64,000 nt of DNA from Eledone cirrhosa (taxonomy: Eukaryota), in the NCBI GenBank assembly GCA_964016885.1, contig OZ024746.1, positions 39,060,001 through 39,124,000 of the forward strand, written 5' to 3'. Positions 42,957 through 55,664 of this stretch are shown here, in pieces. A model generated the notes under the pieces. It worked only from the letters and a program-made list of their open reading frames with translations. It did no database searches and was not told the origin of the DNA. The position numbers were made by a program, and so were the translations under genes. Position 1 is the stretch's first letter. Every line of letters begins with the position of its first letter.

Positions 42957-43580
42957 GCGATGAAATACCAATGATCGTTGGCAAAGATGAGGGACTAATT
43001 TTATATGTAATCCATGTGCAACCATGCAGTATTCTTCTCCCCATGTTTTTCATATATTTACCTAAACTGCGATTATCTGTTTCTCTCTTTCTCTCTTACT
43101 GCTCCCTTGTTCTCTCTGTTTCTCTTACCTTCTTTCGTCCCCTCTGTCAGTTAACACTTTCTCTCGACTGACCTCCTCCTCGCACTTCCACTCACTCACT
43201 CTCTGTTTCTCCCCTTCTCACTTCCTCCCGTTCGCTAGGAGAGGGATTCTTCCTTTCTCACATCCCCTTCACAGCGAAAGGTCTGTTTCCTGAGTGCTCA
43301 TGAAATTCACCCAGCTTATGCTGATCGGATAACCATGTTGCTTGTTTTTCTTCCCATCTTCGGTTAGCTTTTCCTCCTATGTTGTTTACTTGTCTCACTC
43401 GCTTTACGCGTTTCACTTGTCCCAATAGCTTATTTTAGTTATTGCTCGCACCAACCTGAGGTATATGATTTTTAATGCGATGAAATACCAATGATCGTTG
43501 GCAAAACACTGATGAGGGACTAATTTTATAATATGTAATCCATGTGCAACCATGCAGTATTCTTCTCCCCATGTTTTTCA
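42957..43580 (+). mobile_element. Element with ~100-bp direct terminal repeats (520-bp period), copy B only
   Basis: gcgatgaaatacc...catgtttttca at 42957 and 43477; flanked by (TA)n. Confidence 0.65.
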
Positions 43581-45879
43581 TATATATATATATATATATA
43601 TATAACGAACGAGGTGAGGTAAGGAACCAGATGGACCATAACGCACCAGAGTACTCAATACTTAGGGTAGTAGAGTGGGTAATAGGAAAAAAGTTTAACC
43701 CCGACGGCAGAGCCCAAGCCGTTTCGACGGCTATTTCTGGGGTCCAGAAATAGCCGTCGGGGTTAAATATTTTCCTATATATATATAAAGAAAAGAAATC
43801 GAAAATGCAACTGGAGACTTTTTAAGAATATTTATTTGTTTCCTTTACCGGTTTCACAGTTCTTATGCTTTTCAAAAGTAGAATTGAGATCATTTTGGTA
43901 GAGAATAAACGTCGTTGTATTATTTTTGCTAAACTGTAAAACGAAATATGTCGGTGCGAGTTTGTATCATTTGCATGTAAAAAATGTAGTTTTTGATTTT
44001 GAAAGTAGGTTTATAATTATCAATTTTCATCAAACCTTTGTAGAGATCTCGGTGGCCTAGTTGGAGGAATCGGAGACGGTGGTGATCCTGGTCTGTAGTT
44101 CGATCCTGGTCGGGAGTAGGTTTCCCGGTAAATCTTTTCAGTTTTTTTTCTATTTGTTGTAAAATAAAAACTGAAAAAAGGTTACATGTACCTCTTGACC
44201 AGGATTGAACCCAAGGCCAGGGTCTCCACCGTCTCTAGTACCTACCGCTAGGCCACAGAGACAACTACGAAAACTTTATGAAAATTCATACCTATAAACC
44301 TACTTTCAAAGTTTTCAAAACAAAGTATCGTGGTGTCGTTCATGTCTTTCTTAATGTTATTGTTCCTACTTAAGGTCGACTTCTAAATCATTTGGATATC
44401 TTGTTTCTCATCAATCTAGACTACATTTTAACCTGTAATCCATATTTCATTTCTATTCCACCGCATTTCTCTCTCTCCCTCTCTTTCTCTCTGCGATATT
44501 TGAATCTACTATGATTTGGGCTTACCTTTTCAGCTATTTGCACTATCGTATATTTTGGTTTCTAGTAATTCCCTGGAGAATTGGTTGACCAAATACATTG
44601 CTTAATAAAGTTAATTTGTATATTAATTAGAAGAGACAGTGCAAAACAGATTTTAGTAATAACAATTTCTATATCGTAAACAATTCTATTTCATATAACA
44701 ACAATACTACAGATATTGTTGTCTTTCTGTTTCTTCTACAACAACTACAACGGTACGTGATGGGGCCCACCCACAGCCCCAGCGGACAGAATGGAGAAGG
44801 CATTTCCCCGGAGGACGGCAAGCGAGACGCGCTGGATATGCCACTCCAACTCGCGGGGCTTACACCTGCGGCTGGCCAGCTCAGCGCCTATGGTGGTGAG
44901 TAAGGAGGTAGCGCTGGGGCCGAGGACACGAGATGTCTCCACTGCCAGGGGTACGACCGCAAACCTGTTGGAGAGCGACCGGTATTTGAGGAGTTTGCCC
45001 CCCCCCCCCCCTCAGCCCGACGTGCAGCAGAACCTGGGTCAGTCGCAGACTGCACCAGGTTGCGGCTGCAGAAGGTGTCGGTGGAAGTGGCATCCCAGAC
45101 GAGGGGTTTGCCACCGCGGAACGGAAAGATGGTCATGCCATCTGGCCTTTTGCCGTCCCCTCTATCCAGCCCCACCGGCTCGAGCTGGGAAATTGTTTTA
45201 TTTTATTTTTTTTTTTTTATTATTCTTTCTCTTAGATTTCAGGTATTTTTAAAAAGCAAAATACTACAGTGGGCCCTACATTGCTACCGAGTCCTCCCTG
45301 GGGCCCACTTGCCATTGGGCAACCTGGCAACCTAGCCAGTCCACTACTGTTTGTATGCATTAATGGATATATTCTAAAACACACACACAGACACACACAC
45401 ACTCTTACACTGGTAGAAAAGCTCCCGCAGGAAAATATTTCTGCTAGTATATATATATATGTGTGTGTGTGTGTTTATATATATATGTATATGGGGGTGT
45501 TGTAAAGTCTGTGGTGCTGAGACCCTGGAGACAACTAATCATGTGAGTACTCGATATATGGGGAGATGTAGAGTGGTTATATACCCTACAGATATTATTA
45601 TTGGCAGTATCAGTAGAGGTTCCGACGCCATGCTTTGGAGCATAGAGGTACGGCCCTTTATGATCTGAGTTCAAATCCCGTCGAGGTTAACTTCGCTTTT
45701 CATCTTTACGGGGTCGATAAAATAAAGTACCAGTATTGCACTGGGATAATTGCTGGTCTTGTGCCCAAAGTAGAAACAGTTATTACACCCACGTAAAAGC
45801 TTGCTGAAAACACAAGCCGAAGCCGCTTGGCACCGAGGTCGAGATTTTACACATCTCTCTCTCTCTCACTCCCTCTCAT

Positions 45880-45920
<41 letters not shown>

Positions 45921-46163
45921 CAAGTAAAAATGAGCGAGAATCGAATTTCAGCCTATGAAATAACGAAAAAACACTTTCGAATTGTGAGGCAAGCGCTGAA
46001 TAATTCAAAAGAATTAGAGCTTACAACTTACGTTAAAGGCCAAACACACTGAGATGGTGGTTAAACTAATTATCCACACAGCGAAGATTCGATCTCCTAT
46101 TTCGGGTCAAACAGATATACAGATATAAAAATATATGAAAGCATAAATGTTTTATACTCACCG

Positions 46164-46235
<72 letters not shown>

Positions 46236-46494
46236 AGAGAGAGAGAGAGAGTGAGTGAGAGAGAGATTAATATAACAGTAGGTTAAAGTAGAAGACATGA
46301 TTGATTCCATATGATGCCTAATATATTCCATATGCCAAGAGGAGTTCAAAAGATTAACTGGCATATGATGATAATGGAACAAACCTGGATTCCGATTAAT
46401 AGTTCAGTAGGCTACTTTCATATTGTGTCCTCTACAATACTGTAAAGTCTTCTACTATCTCTACTGGGTTCCTCTCTCTCTCTCTCTCTCTCTC

Positions 46495-46535
<41 letters not shown>

Positions 46536-47014
46536 ACACATATACATATATATACATATATATATACATTTATATAGATATATATATATATATACATACG
46601 CATACATACATATGTATACGTATATATATGTATATATATGTATGTAGATAGATAGATAGATAGATAGATATAAATCTTCATTGTTTTATCGGCCTTGACT
46701 ATAATAAATTGAATAAGACACTCCATAAAGCATAGGAAATAAATAATTCTGCGAAAATAGCAAAATTTTCTCTACAAGAATTTTGGAATAAGGAGGTGGA
46801 GTTAAAATGTCTGGTTTGTATGTAAATTTTTGTATCTCAGTTTCGAGAATGTCCATCCCTTGTTGTTTTTTTCATACATAGGTGGCATGAACAGAAGTTT
46901 TTAACCTTGCCAAGGACATAGATTTCTTTCTGCATATACTACAGCGAAAGAAAAAAGAAAAGGCCATGCTCATGCAACACACGGTTAGATCAAACTATAT
47001 ATATATATATATAT

Positions 47015-47414
47015 ATACAAGTTAATATAAATTAATATATGATAAACACCAATATAAACATATAAGCGTTTGCATTGTAAACTACCAAGTTAGCTAGATT
47101 GAAAAATACTAATTAATACAGTTTGCCTGTCTCGATTTAAAATAATAAATCAATAAAAACAAACCCATATTGGCTATTGCCAATATGGGTTTGTTTTTAT
47201 TGATTTATTATTTTAAATCGAGACGGGCAAACTGTATTAATCTAATTAGTATTTTTCAATCTAGCTAACTTGGTAGTTTACAATGCAAACGCTTATATGT
47301 TTATATTGGTGTTTATCATATATTAATTTATATTAACTTGTATTTCACGGCTCAGAAATGCTTCTTTCTTTGAGCTAATTAATTGTAAAAGACTGTTTGA
47401 GTTTATAACTCTAA

Positions 47415-47420
<6 letters not shown>
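47015..47420. repeat. ~160-bp-arm palindrome made from a partial copy of the 537-nt element
   Basis: 47015-47174 is the reverse complement of 47179-47343; loop TATT. Confidence 0.85.
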
Positions 47421-47455
<35 letters not shown>

Positions 47456-47661
47456 AAAAGAACGATTTGTTACGTCTTGGTAAACGTGATGAAGTCGTAA
47501 TAAATCGTCCTTATTATTGTTATTATTATTAATATTACACTCTACTTAGTACTACACCTCTATACTTACTGGAAACTACGCATCGAGTGTTCACTCTGGT
47601 GAACCTACAGTAACTGGACGTTACATTCCCTATATATATGTATATATATATATATATATAG

Positions 47662-47792
47662 GGTACTTGCTGATGAGATCTGAATAGGGTATATTTTCAC
47701 TTTTTCATTTATCGAAACTTATTTGGATTTTGAAGTTTAAACTTATCTACGGAGCAGGTTTGGATTTTGAAATTTAAATTTGTCCAAGTACC
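47662..47792 (+). ncRNA. Type I hammerhead with long stems II and III
   Basis: ggtacttg-CTGATGA-gat...atc-GAAAc...GTC-caagtacc; 8-bp stem I; stem III atttggatttt/gaaatttaaat and tttaaactt/aggtttgga. Confidence 0.8.
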
Positions 47793-48198
47793 ACGGCCAT
47801 TTGCCAATATGGTTTGTTTTTATTGATTTATTATTTTAAATCGAGACAGGCAAACTGTATTATTATTATTAGTATTTTTCAATCTAGCTAACGTAGTCAT
47901 TTACAATACAAACACTGATATGTTGATATTTGTGTTTATCATATATATTAATTTATATTAACTTGTATTACACGGCTCAGAAATACTTCTTTCTTTGAGC
48001 TATTTCATTGTAAAGGACTGTTTGGGTTTAGAACTCTTTATTTATAGTGTCACGGCTCCTTCTGTCGAGCTAATTTTGGCCCCATAAAAACGGCTGTTGT
48101 TTCTGGCAGCACGAGTATGGGGTAGTTAGACACTGAAAAACCATGTGCGTTGATCAGTCTTCTTAAATATTTTGAAGTGAAACATACCAATTTTTCAG

Positions 48199-48329
48199 GG
48201 TACTTGCTGATGAGATCTGAATAGGGTATATTTTCACTTTTTCATTTATCGAAATTTATTTGGATTTTGAAGTTTAAACTTATCTACGGAGCAGGTCTGG
48301 ATTTTGAAATTTAAATTTGTCCAAGTACC
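48199..48329 (+). ncRNA. Type I hammerhead (second repeat)
   Basis: Same motif at +537; GAAAT instead of GAAAC. Confidence 0.72.
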
Positions 48330-48931
48330 ACGGCCATTTGCCAATATGGTTTGTTTTTATTGGTTTATTATTTTAAATCGAGACAGGCAAACTGTATTAT
48401 TATTATTAGTATTTTTCAATCTAGCTAACTTAGTCCTTTACAATACAAACACTGATATGTTGGTATTTGTGTTTATCATATATATTAATTTATATTAACT
48501 TGTATTACACGGCTCAGAAATACTTCTTTCTTTGAGCTATTTCATTGTAAAGGACTGTTTGGGTTTAGAACTCTTTATTCATAGTGTATATATATATATA
48601 TATATACATTCCATGACGTTACGTAAAATACCATGTGTATTTGATATAACTTAATTGGTATGCATTAATGTTTTGACTCTCGTCTCTTACTCCACTGTAC
48701 AGTATATGGACATGTGCCAGACGCTGTGATCACGGGTGGACCAGCAGTATCGTTGGCAAGGGTCGAAACTGCCAAAGTCCATCTCAACAGCCGATGACCC
48801 TGGAATTCTGTGTCTTTCGTTTGTATTTTTTTTTTTATTATTTTTTAAGGTCCCCTTTAAAAATTATTTTCGCCTTACCTTGTTTCCGTTCGTTGTCTTG
48901 TCCTCACTTTGTTAATTTTCCTAAGTTTATC

Positions 48932-48967
<36 letters not shown>

Positions 48968-49037
48968 GAAGGTTCAGTATGTCCGAAGAAAACTGGTGAG
49001 AGTACCAAAGTCACCACTCGATGCAGGGCAGAGTGTA

Positions 49038-49238
49038 TATAATAAGAACAAAGTGGAGGTGTTACATAAGAGATTTATTGCTCAATCCTGGTTACAAATG
49101 TCTCCCAAACAGCTGACTCTTGATCCGGATTGACGCTCCAGATTCAAAACTGCCTGATCCTCAGCTATTGGAAAACATTTTAAACCAAGATTAATCAATA
49201 AATCTCTTATGTAACATCTCCACTTTTTTCTTATTATA
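49038..49238. repeat. ~43-bp inverted repeats (MITE-like)
   Basis: tataataagaacaaagtggaggtgttacataagagatttattg and its near reverse complement. Confidence 0.6.
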
Positions 49239-49435
49239 TATATATATAAGAACGGTGGATTGGCAGTATCGGTAGAGGGTCGGACGCCAAGCTTTGACGC
49301 ATAGAGTTACGGCCCTTGCCATTCTGAGTTCAAATCCCGCCGAAGTTAACTTTGCCTTTCATCCTTACGGGCTCGATAAAATAAAGTACCAGTAATACAC
49401 TGAGGAATTGCTGGCCTTGTGCCAAAAGTAGACAC

Positions 49436-49468
<33 letters not shown>

Positions 49469-51924
49469 TATATGTATATATATATATATATATTCATTAG
49501 TTAAGCAAAACAAGACCACAAATTTCACAAGGAAGACATTATTAAAAGATTGTCAACATATTTTAGTTTGATGTAAGGAATGTAGAGAATAATAATAATA
49601 ATAATGTCCGTTTACAATTGTTTCGCTACTCCATATAATATTTCTGGATCAGATGACTATATATCATAATTGATCTGGTTCAGTTGAAAATAATTAACAT
49701 ATTTAAAAAACAGAGCGGCTCATCGGAACTTCAAAGGAATATAAATTAAAATAAGGAGGGAATGTTACATAATATAATGTTCCATATATTGGTTTTTCAC
49801 TATGGTGTCTTGGTTGCATCAGTTGTCAGCCATAATCAAGCAGTATTATTCATCTGTCGAGGCTGCATTGTGTGAGATCTGCCTATGGGAAACAAGATGG
49901 CTGCCAAAGGACATATTTACCTTACTAATTAGAGGGTGGTTTCAGGGGAAGTAACTCCTCGAGAGATTAGAAATTGTGGGTAGTTTATAGTTAAGTGCAA
50001 TTTTTTTAATTTTTTAATTGAGAGACAATATAGGGGAGGTAACTTATAATTATCTAAGTTAGTCATAGCTAATTAACTTATTAGCTACAAGTAAAAATGG
50101 GGTTAGATGACTAAGTTGGGTCAAATATTCGATTGGCGAAGGAATTAGCCCTTCGATGTTGACAGCTTAATTTAAGGTTTTTAATGAGCCTAGCTAGCGA
50201 TGACGAACATCTGTTGCTAGGGTCTCGGAAGGAAAAAGAGTGCGCGTTATAGCGTACCTTAAAAGGGTTAGAGGTATACCCGATATAAGAGCTGGTATTC
50301 GAAGCAGTTTTAACTGTGCACCTATAGACTATGTTGGGTGTCAGGCAGTGTCCATTTAATGGGCATGCATTAGGGTAACGGCAGTTGCAGTTGCTTCTGT
50401 GGTTAGTGAGAGTAGGGAAGTTTAACCTATGCGGTAGGTCAGTGCTAGAAGGATTAGATGGGGGAGGTGTGCTACTAGAGTAATTATTGGTGTAGTGGCG
50501 TGGTGTATTTGATAGGGGTGGTGGTACCGCGGTGTGGGAGTTATACTGTCTTAGTTTATGATGGTTACTGAATGCGATGTGGCTAGCTAGGTTAGGTGTT
50601 GTGGAGAATGAGATTTTAATGTTATTTTTATTAAAGAGTTTGTAATATCTATGGTTGGGGGTGGGGAATGTTTAGATAGGATGGAGAAGAAGCGTTTAGG
50701 GATATGATTGGCTAGATTAGATGAGAATGGGGGGTTAAGCCAGGTGATATTTCTAGGTCTATTCCTTCTAGGGGTTCTAGTGGAGTTGGTAGGGGCATTC
50801 CTAGGGTTATTATTACCTGGGGGTTTGTTATTTGTTATCCCATTTCTCATTCCTATTCTAGGGTTGATTTTTAGTTTGCTACTTGGAGTGGGGAGCAGGC
50901 CGCTGCCACCATTAAACTTCCCTGTATAGGTGCTGTTACTGCTAAAATTCCGGCGAATCTGGCTATATGCTAAGGTATTTCTAGTTCTAGTGTTAAGTTT
51001 ATTATGGTGAATTGCTGTGTTATGGCATTTAGGTATGTAATAAATTGATTGTTCATAACCAGATTCAGAAAGAGCCTTATTATAAGCATGGTTTATAAAT
51101 ATCTCCTCATTTGCTGATAGCATTGAGATCCTATACGAGATAGATTTGATTACTGCTCTGATGACTGCCGGTGGGTGGTTAGAGTATGGGCTAATATATG
51201 TGAGTATTTCACCTGGTTTATGGTAAGGGTAATATAGGTTATTGTTGAGATCCACTCGCACTCTTTTTCCTTCCGAGACCCTAGCAACAGATGTTCGACA
51301 TCACTAGCTAGGCTCATTAAAAACCTTAAATTAAGCAACGTTCAACACTCACTAAAATGGGATATCGTAGCTAGGGCCCAACCGTTCAATGGACGAAGAA
51401 AATCTTGTGATTTCTGTATTACACAAGCATATTACATAACTCTATCACCACCTCTACCGACTAACGATAGAACGGAGGTAACTATTAGCTGTCAACATCG
51501 AAGGGCTAATTCCTTCGCCAATAGAATATTTGACCCAACTTAGTCATGTAGCCCCATTTTTACTTGTAGCTAATAAGTTAAATAGCTATGACTAACTTAG
51601 ATAATTATAAGTTACCTCCCCTATATTGTCTCTCAATTAAAAAATTAAAAAATTAGCACTTAACTATAAACTACTCACAATTTCTAATCTCTCGAGGAGT
51701 TACTTCCCCTGAAACCACCCTCTAATTAGTAAGGTAAATATGTCCTTTGGCAGCCATCTTGTTTCCCATAAGCAGATCTCACACAATGCAGCCTCGACAG
51801 ATGAATAATACTGCTTGATTATGGCTGACAACTGATGCAACCAAGACACCATAGTGAAAAACCAATATATGGAACATTATATTATGTAACATTCTCTCCT
51901 TATTTTAATTTATATTCCTTTGAA

Positions 51925-52044
51925 GTTCCGATGAGCCGCTCTGTTTTTTAAATATGTTAATTATTTTCAACTGAACTAGATCAATTATGATATATAGTCA
52001 TCTGATCCAGAAATATTATATGGAGTAGCGAAACAATTGTAAAC
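51925..52044 (+). ncRNA. Variant type I hammerhead in the Penelope terminal repeat (CCGAUGA core; mirror copy ~49609-49729 on minus)
   Basis: gtt-CCGATGA-gccgctc...gagtagc-GAAA-caattg-TA-aac. Confidence 0.5.
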
Positions 52045-52072
52045 GGACATTATTATTATTAATATTATAATA

Positions 52073-52262
52073 GGGCGGTGGATTGGCAGTATCGGTAGAG
52101 GGTCGGACGCCATGCTTTCCAGCATAGTTACGTCCCTTTACGATCTGAGTTCAAATCCCGCCGAGGTTGACTTTGCCTTTCATCCTTACGGGGTCGATAA
52201 AATAAAGTACCAGTAATGCACTGGGATAATTGCTGGCCTTGTGCCTAAAGTAGAAACAATTA
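52073..52262 (+). mobile_element. Full-length tRNA-SINE inserted in the (ATT)n of the Penelope right arm
   Basis: A and B boxes; absent from the left arm. Other copies: 20975-21165(-), 21503-21680, 23455-23635, 45600-45785, 49252-49440, 56494-56675, 57597-57760(-). Confidence 0.85.
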
Positions 52263-52546
52263 TTATTAATATTATTATTATTATTCTCTACATTCCTTAC
52301 ATCAAACTAAAATATGTTGACAATCTTTTAATAATGTCTTCCTTGTGAAATTTGTGGTCTTGTTTTGCTTAACTAATTAATATTTCCAGCTCTGCGCACC
52401 TAACTTCTGCATGAACCCAGCCACCTAGCTGCTTTCTACTGCATATTGCACATTGAGCACATGCCTTTACGCTTTGGCTTCTAACTAATTCACCAATCTC
52501 TCCTCTCCTATCTTCATCTCTCTCTTTAAGATTGGTTACTCTTGAA

Positions 52547-52604
<58 letters not shown>

Positions 52605-53816
52605 CGCGCTTATTCTGTCCACCAAATTCCACTCAGAAATCATTCGTCAAACCGAGACTATACTAAAAGACACTTGCTCTAGGTGACTGATCAAAAACAA
52701 ACTGGTTGCCAGCGCCTATATGATATGCTTTAGATTTTATTTTTGAGATGTCCGTAGATAAGAATAAATAAATAAAAACGAATCAAAAACAATCACCATT
52801 GTGATCTGTTGAAAACCTTTATTAAGAAAACATCCTAGATTTGGGGTTTTAAATGTCTTTATGAATGTATTCTGTTGGTACATGCAAGCACACAAACGCA
52901 TATGTACATATGTATGTATGAATGTATGTACATGTGTATGTGTACACATACATACAAGACATACATGCATACATAGATACATGCATACATATTCGCATAC
53001 ATGCATATATAATGCATACATACATACACACATATACACACACACACACAAACACATACACACACACATGCATCTTCGCATGTTCAACAAAATTCAACAA
53101 CGGATAATGTTTTCCTTGGGGAAATAATCCAAAGAAGTCTATGTGAATATATATGGATATGTGGATAAATGTATGTGTCAATGTACGTGCATGAGTGTGT
53201 CTGTATTTGTGTGTGTGTTTGTGTGGGTTTGTGTGCATGTGAGCGCACGTGCATGCGTGCTTGTGTGTGTATCTACACGTTTCATAGTGAATATTGCGTT
53301 CGTATGTGTTGCTGAGTAAACATGTTTCCGGTTTTATACAAATATGTGCCATTAATTGAAGTGACATGGTAAATACAAAGAATGAGAGAAGGGAAATTGA
53401 AGTTTGTATCAACAATAAACAAGATAAAGAAAGGATAGAATGTAATTGTGATTGACCAAGACATTTAGACAGAGTAATATTATTATATAATATATAGTTA
53501 TACACATATACACATAGAAACAATAAGAAAAACATAATACAGAGAAAGAGTGAGAGATGGAACTTACAAAAAAAAAAAAGAGACGAAAGGTAGAAATGGA
53601 GAGCTGCAAAGACTGCTCAGGAATTATACATAATGATAGCATGATAACATTCTAAAATACATTTAGTTGGTCCCTGCCGTTCATGGTAATAATAAGCCTT
53701 TCATGCTGGATCAGTATTTCTCTGAAATCTCCAAATCAACGTCAGAAATTATGGAACTGTTTCCTAAGCAAGAAAGCGCTTTATCAAGAAAGTCATTTGG
53801 TCGTTTGTCCTAAAGC

Positions 53817-53889
53817 TCACAGCTCGATGTATATACCTGTCTGGTAACGAGATGGCATCATAGCAACTGACTGTGATCGTGGACGTTTT
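53817..53889 (-). CDS. Membrane-protein gene, terminal exon (GKRPRSQSVAMMPSRYQTGIYIEL*)
   Basis: tttctatttatcag acceptor, phase 2 matches exon 2, open to TGA. Confidence 0.7.
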
Positions 53890-54649
53890 CTGATAAATAG
53901 AAATAAAGAAGTCTTAGTAAGTGTTTTCATAGTGGTAGAAACTATGAAAATATTTTAAGCGATAGTAAATATATTATGACGTTCATAGCTTTTACAAATG
54001 CAATACCTATGTAAGTAAAACGAAGTAGTTCCAAAAAATATTTGTAATGTGGAACTGTAGTCTGTATGACATTTCCATCGAATTAAGTGATGTAAACAAA
54101 TTGAAGTACAGGCTTACTGAGAACCTAACAATGACTAATATCACCAGATCTAATAGGTATATTATGTTTCAACAAATAAGAACTCACATTAAAAGTGAAT
54201 AATTGGGTTCTGAAACATTCTATCATTTATACAATTTTTCTAAACTCCGATATTTTTTCTTCTGTTCTTATCTAATTTACCCTGTTAGGGTTTCAGCCAT
54301 TAAACCGTGGTCATACTGAGGTACCGCCTACAAACATACAGTTTATTAAATCGAACTAGTTCATGACTTGTAACTTTTTTAAAAATCGAAATCAGAATGA
54401 TCAAAGGCAGGTCGACTTCTAGATATCACACAAAAAAATAATCAATTAATTATAAATTAAAATATAACAAAATTAATTAAATCTTAATCGTGTTTGATTC
54501 ATTAAGGCCTGAAGGCGCAATGGATCCAATCGTTTTTCATGAATTCACCCTCAACAAACAAATGTAATGTTATTCAACTAATTTGATTACATATAAGAAT
54601 TAAATACATGAAAACTTATTCCATCCAAAAGACATTATCGAGGACTTAC

Positions 54650-55259
54650 CCGTTAAACGTGCTCATTCCTAACCTGTTAGGAGGTCTTCTTTCTTCCCCT
54701 ACTAATTCATCATCAAAAGTAGAACGGTTGACAGCTTTGTCGAAATCGTATAAACGATCAATAAAGGGGCTAATTTCACTTCCGGTTACGGTATCATGGC
54801 AACCAGTTACAAGTCCATCCACCGATTCAATACCACTGTCGTTTCGACCAGAATTATTTGTTTTACGCGAAGATGGGTTTATTTTCTGTGGCAGCTCATC
54901 TGACTTGACTTTCTTCGTTTCTTTCATACTGGCTTTCCTTTCTTTCATTTTCTTACTATCTGGATGATAAGGGAAACATAACCTTGGCACTGTTAACATC
55001 AGAATCACCATGTAGAGCAGGAGGAAGCTGAGGCAACTTAGACAGGCTACAATTATCAAACCTTTTGAAGAGAAAAGTTTTTCTTTATCAGAACAAGGAA
55101 CTTTAGCAACTGGTTGACTCCCGGAATCATCAGACTGAGGTTTATTTTCAGCAGATCGCTTATGCCGGTCCGAAAGCAGAAGTGTTTCTCGAGAATCAAC
55201 CGACTGACCAGCCTCATATGGGAGAGTTGTCTGGTCATGGTCTTTCATGAGACTCAATG
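54650..55259 (-). CDS. Membrane-protein gene, exon 2: short ectodomain, TM helix GLIIVACLSCLSFLLLYMVILMLTV, cytoplasmic tail
   Basis: 610-nt non-repetitive open frame inside ORF 54646-55476; ttctattctaacag acceptor; GG|gtaagt donor; basic stop-transfer segment after the TM. Confidence 0.85.
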
Positions 55260-55633
55260 CTGTTAGAATAGAAATTAAAAATAGTAAATAACAAATATAC
55301 ATACATACAAAAAATATAAAAAAAAAAAAATATGTAAAACATTCCAAAAATTTTGCATCTAATAACTGCATATACACATGTATAGATACAAAGCATATAC
55401 ACATGCACACATACAACTCAAAACATACACATCCACACATACAATAACATCCATATCTACACATGCATGGATACATACATATCTACCTAGTTGATGTGTA
55501 AATTCCAATGAGAGAGTCTTGTGTCTATGTTAGAAACCGACTCTCTCTCTATTGGTAAAACTTTGTGAAATTATAAAACCAGAAGAACATACATACATAC
55601 ATACATACATACATACATACATACATACATACA

Positions 55634-55664
<31 letters not shown>

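Larger units (their letters stand above)
26631..46500. repeat. Segmental duplication, copy B
   Basis: Same anchors as copy A; similarity ends in a (CT)n(AT)n tract at ~24200/~46500. Confidence 0.95.
47661..48587 (+). mobile_element. Retrozyme-like element: ~390-bp direct repeats (47661-48050, 48198-48587), 537-nt period
   Basis: Direct repeats each begin with a hammerhead; flanked by (TA)n. Confidence 0.8.
49496..52377 (-). mobile_element. Penelope-like element with long inverted terminal copies (49496-~50242 / ~51258-52377)
   Basis: Minus strand encodes SNHPP..RIS, RNITWLNPPF, CNCRYPNACPLNGHCL and IVYRC..SYIG (GIY-YIG); the arms are reverse complements. Confidence 0.88.

Noticed and set aside
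52073-52160. tRNA genes
   Set aside because: A and B boxes belong to SINE heads; no cloverleaf, and they continue into a shared SINE body.
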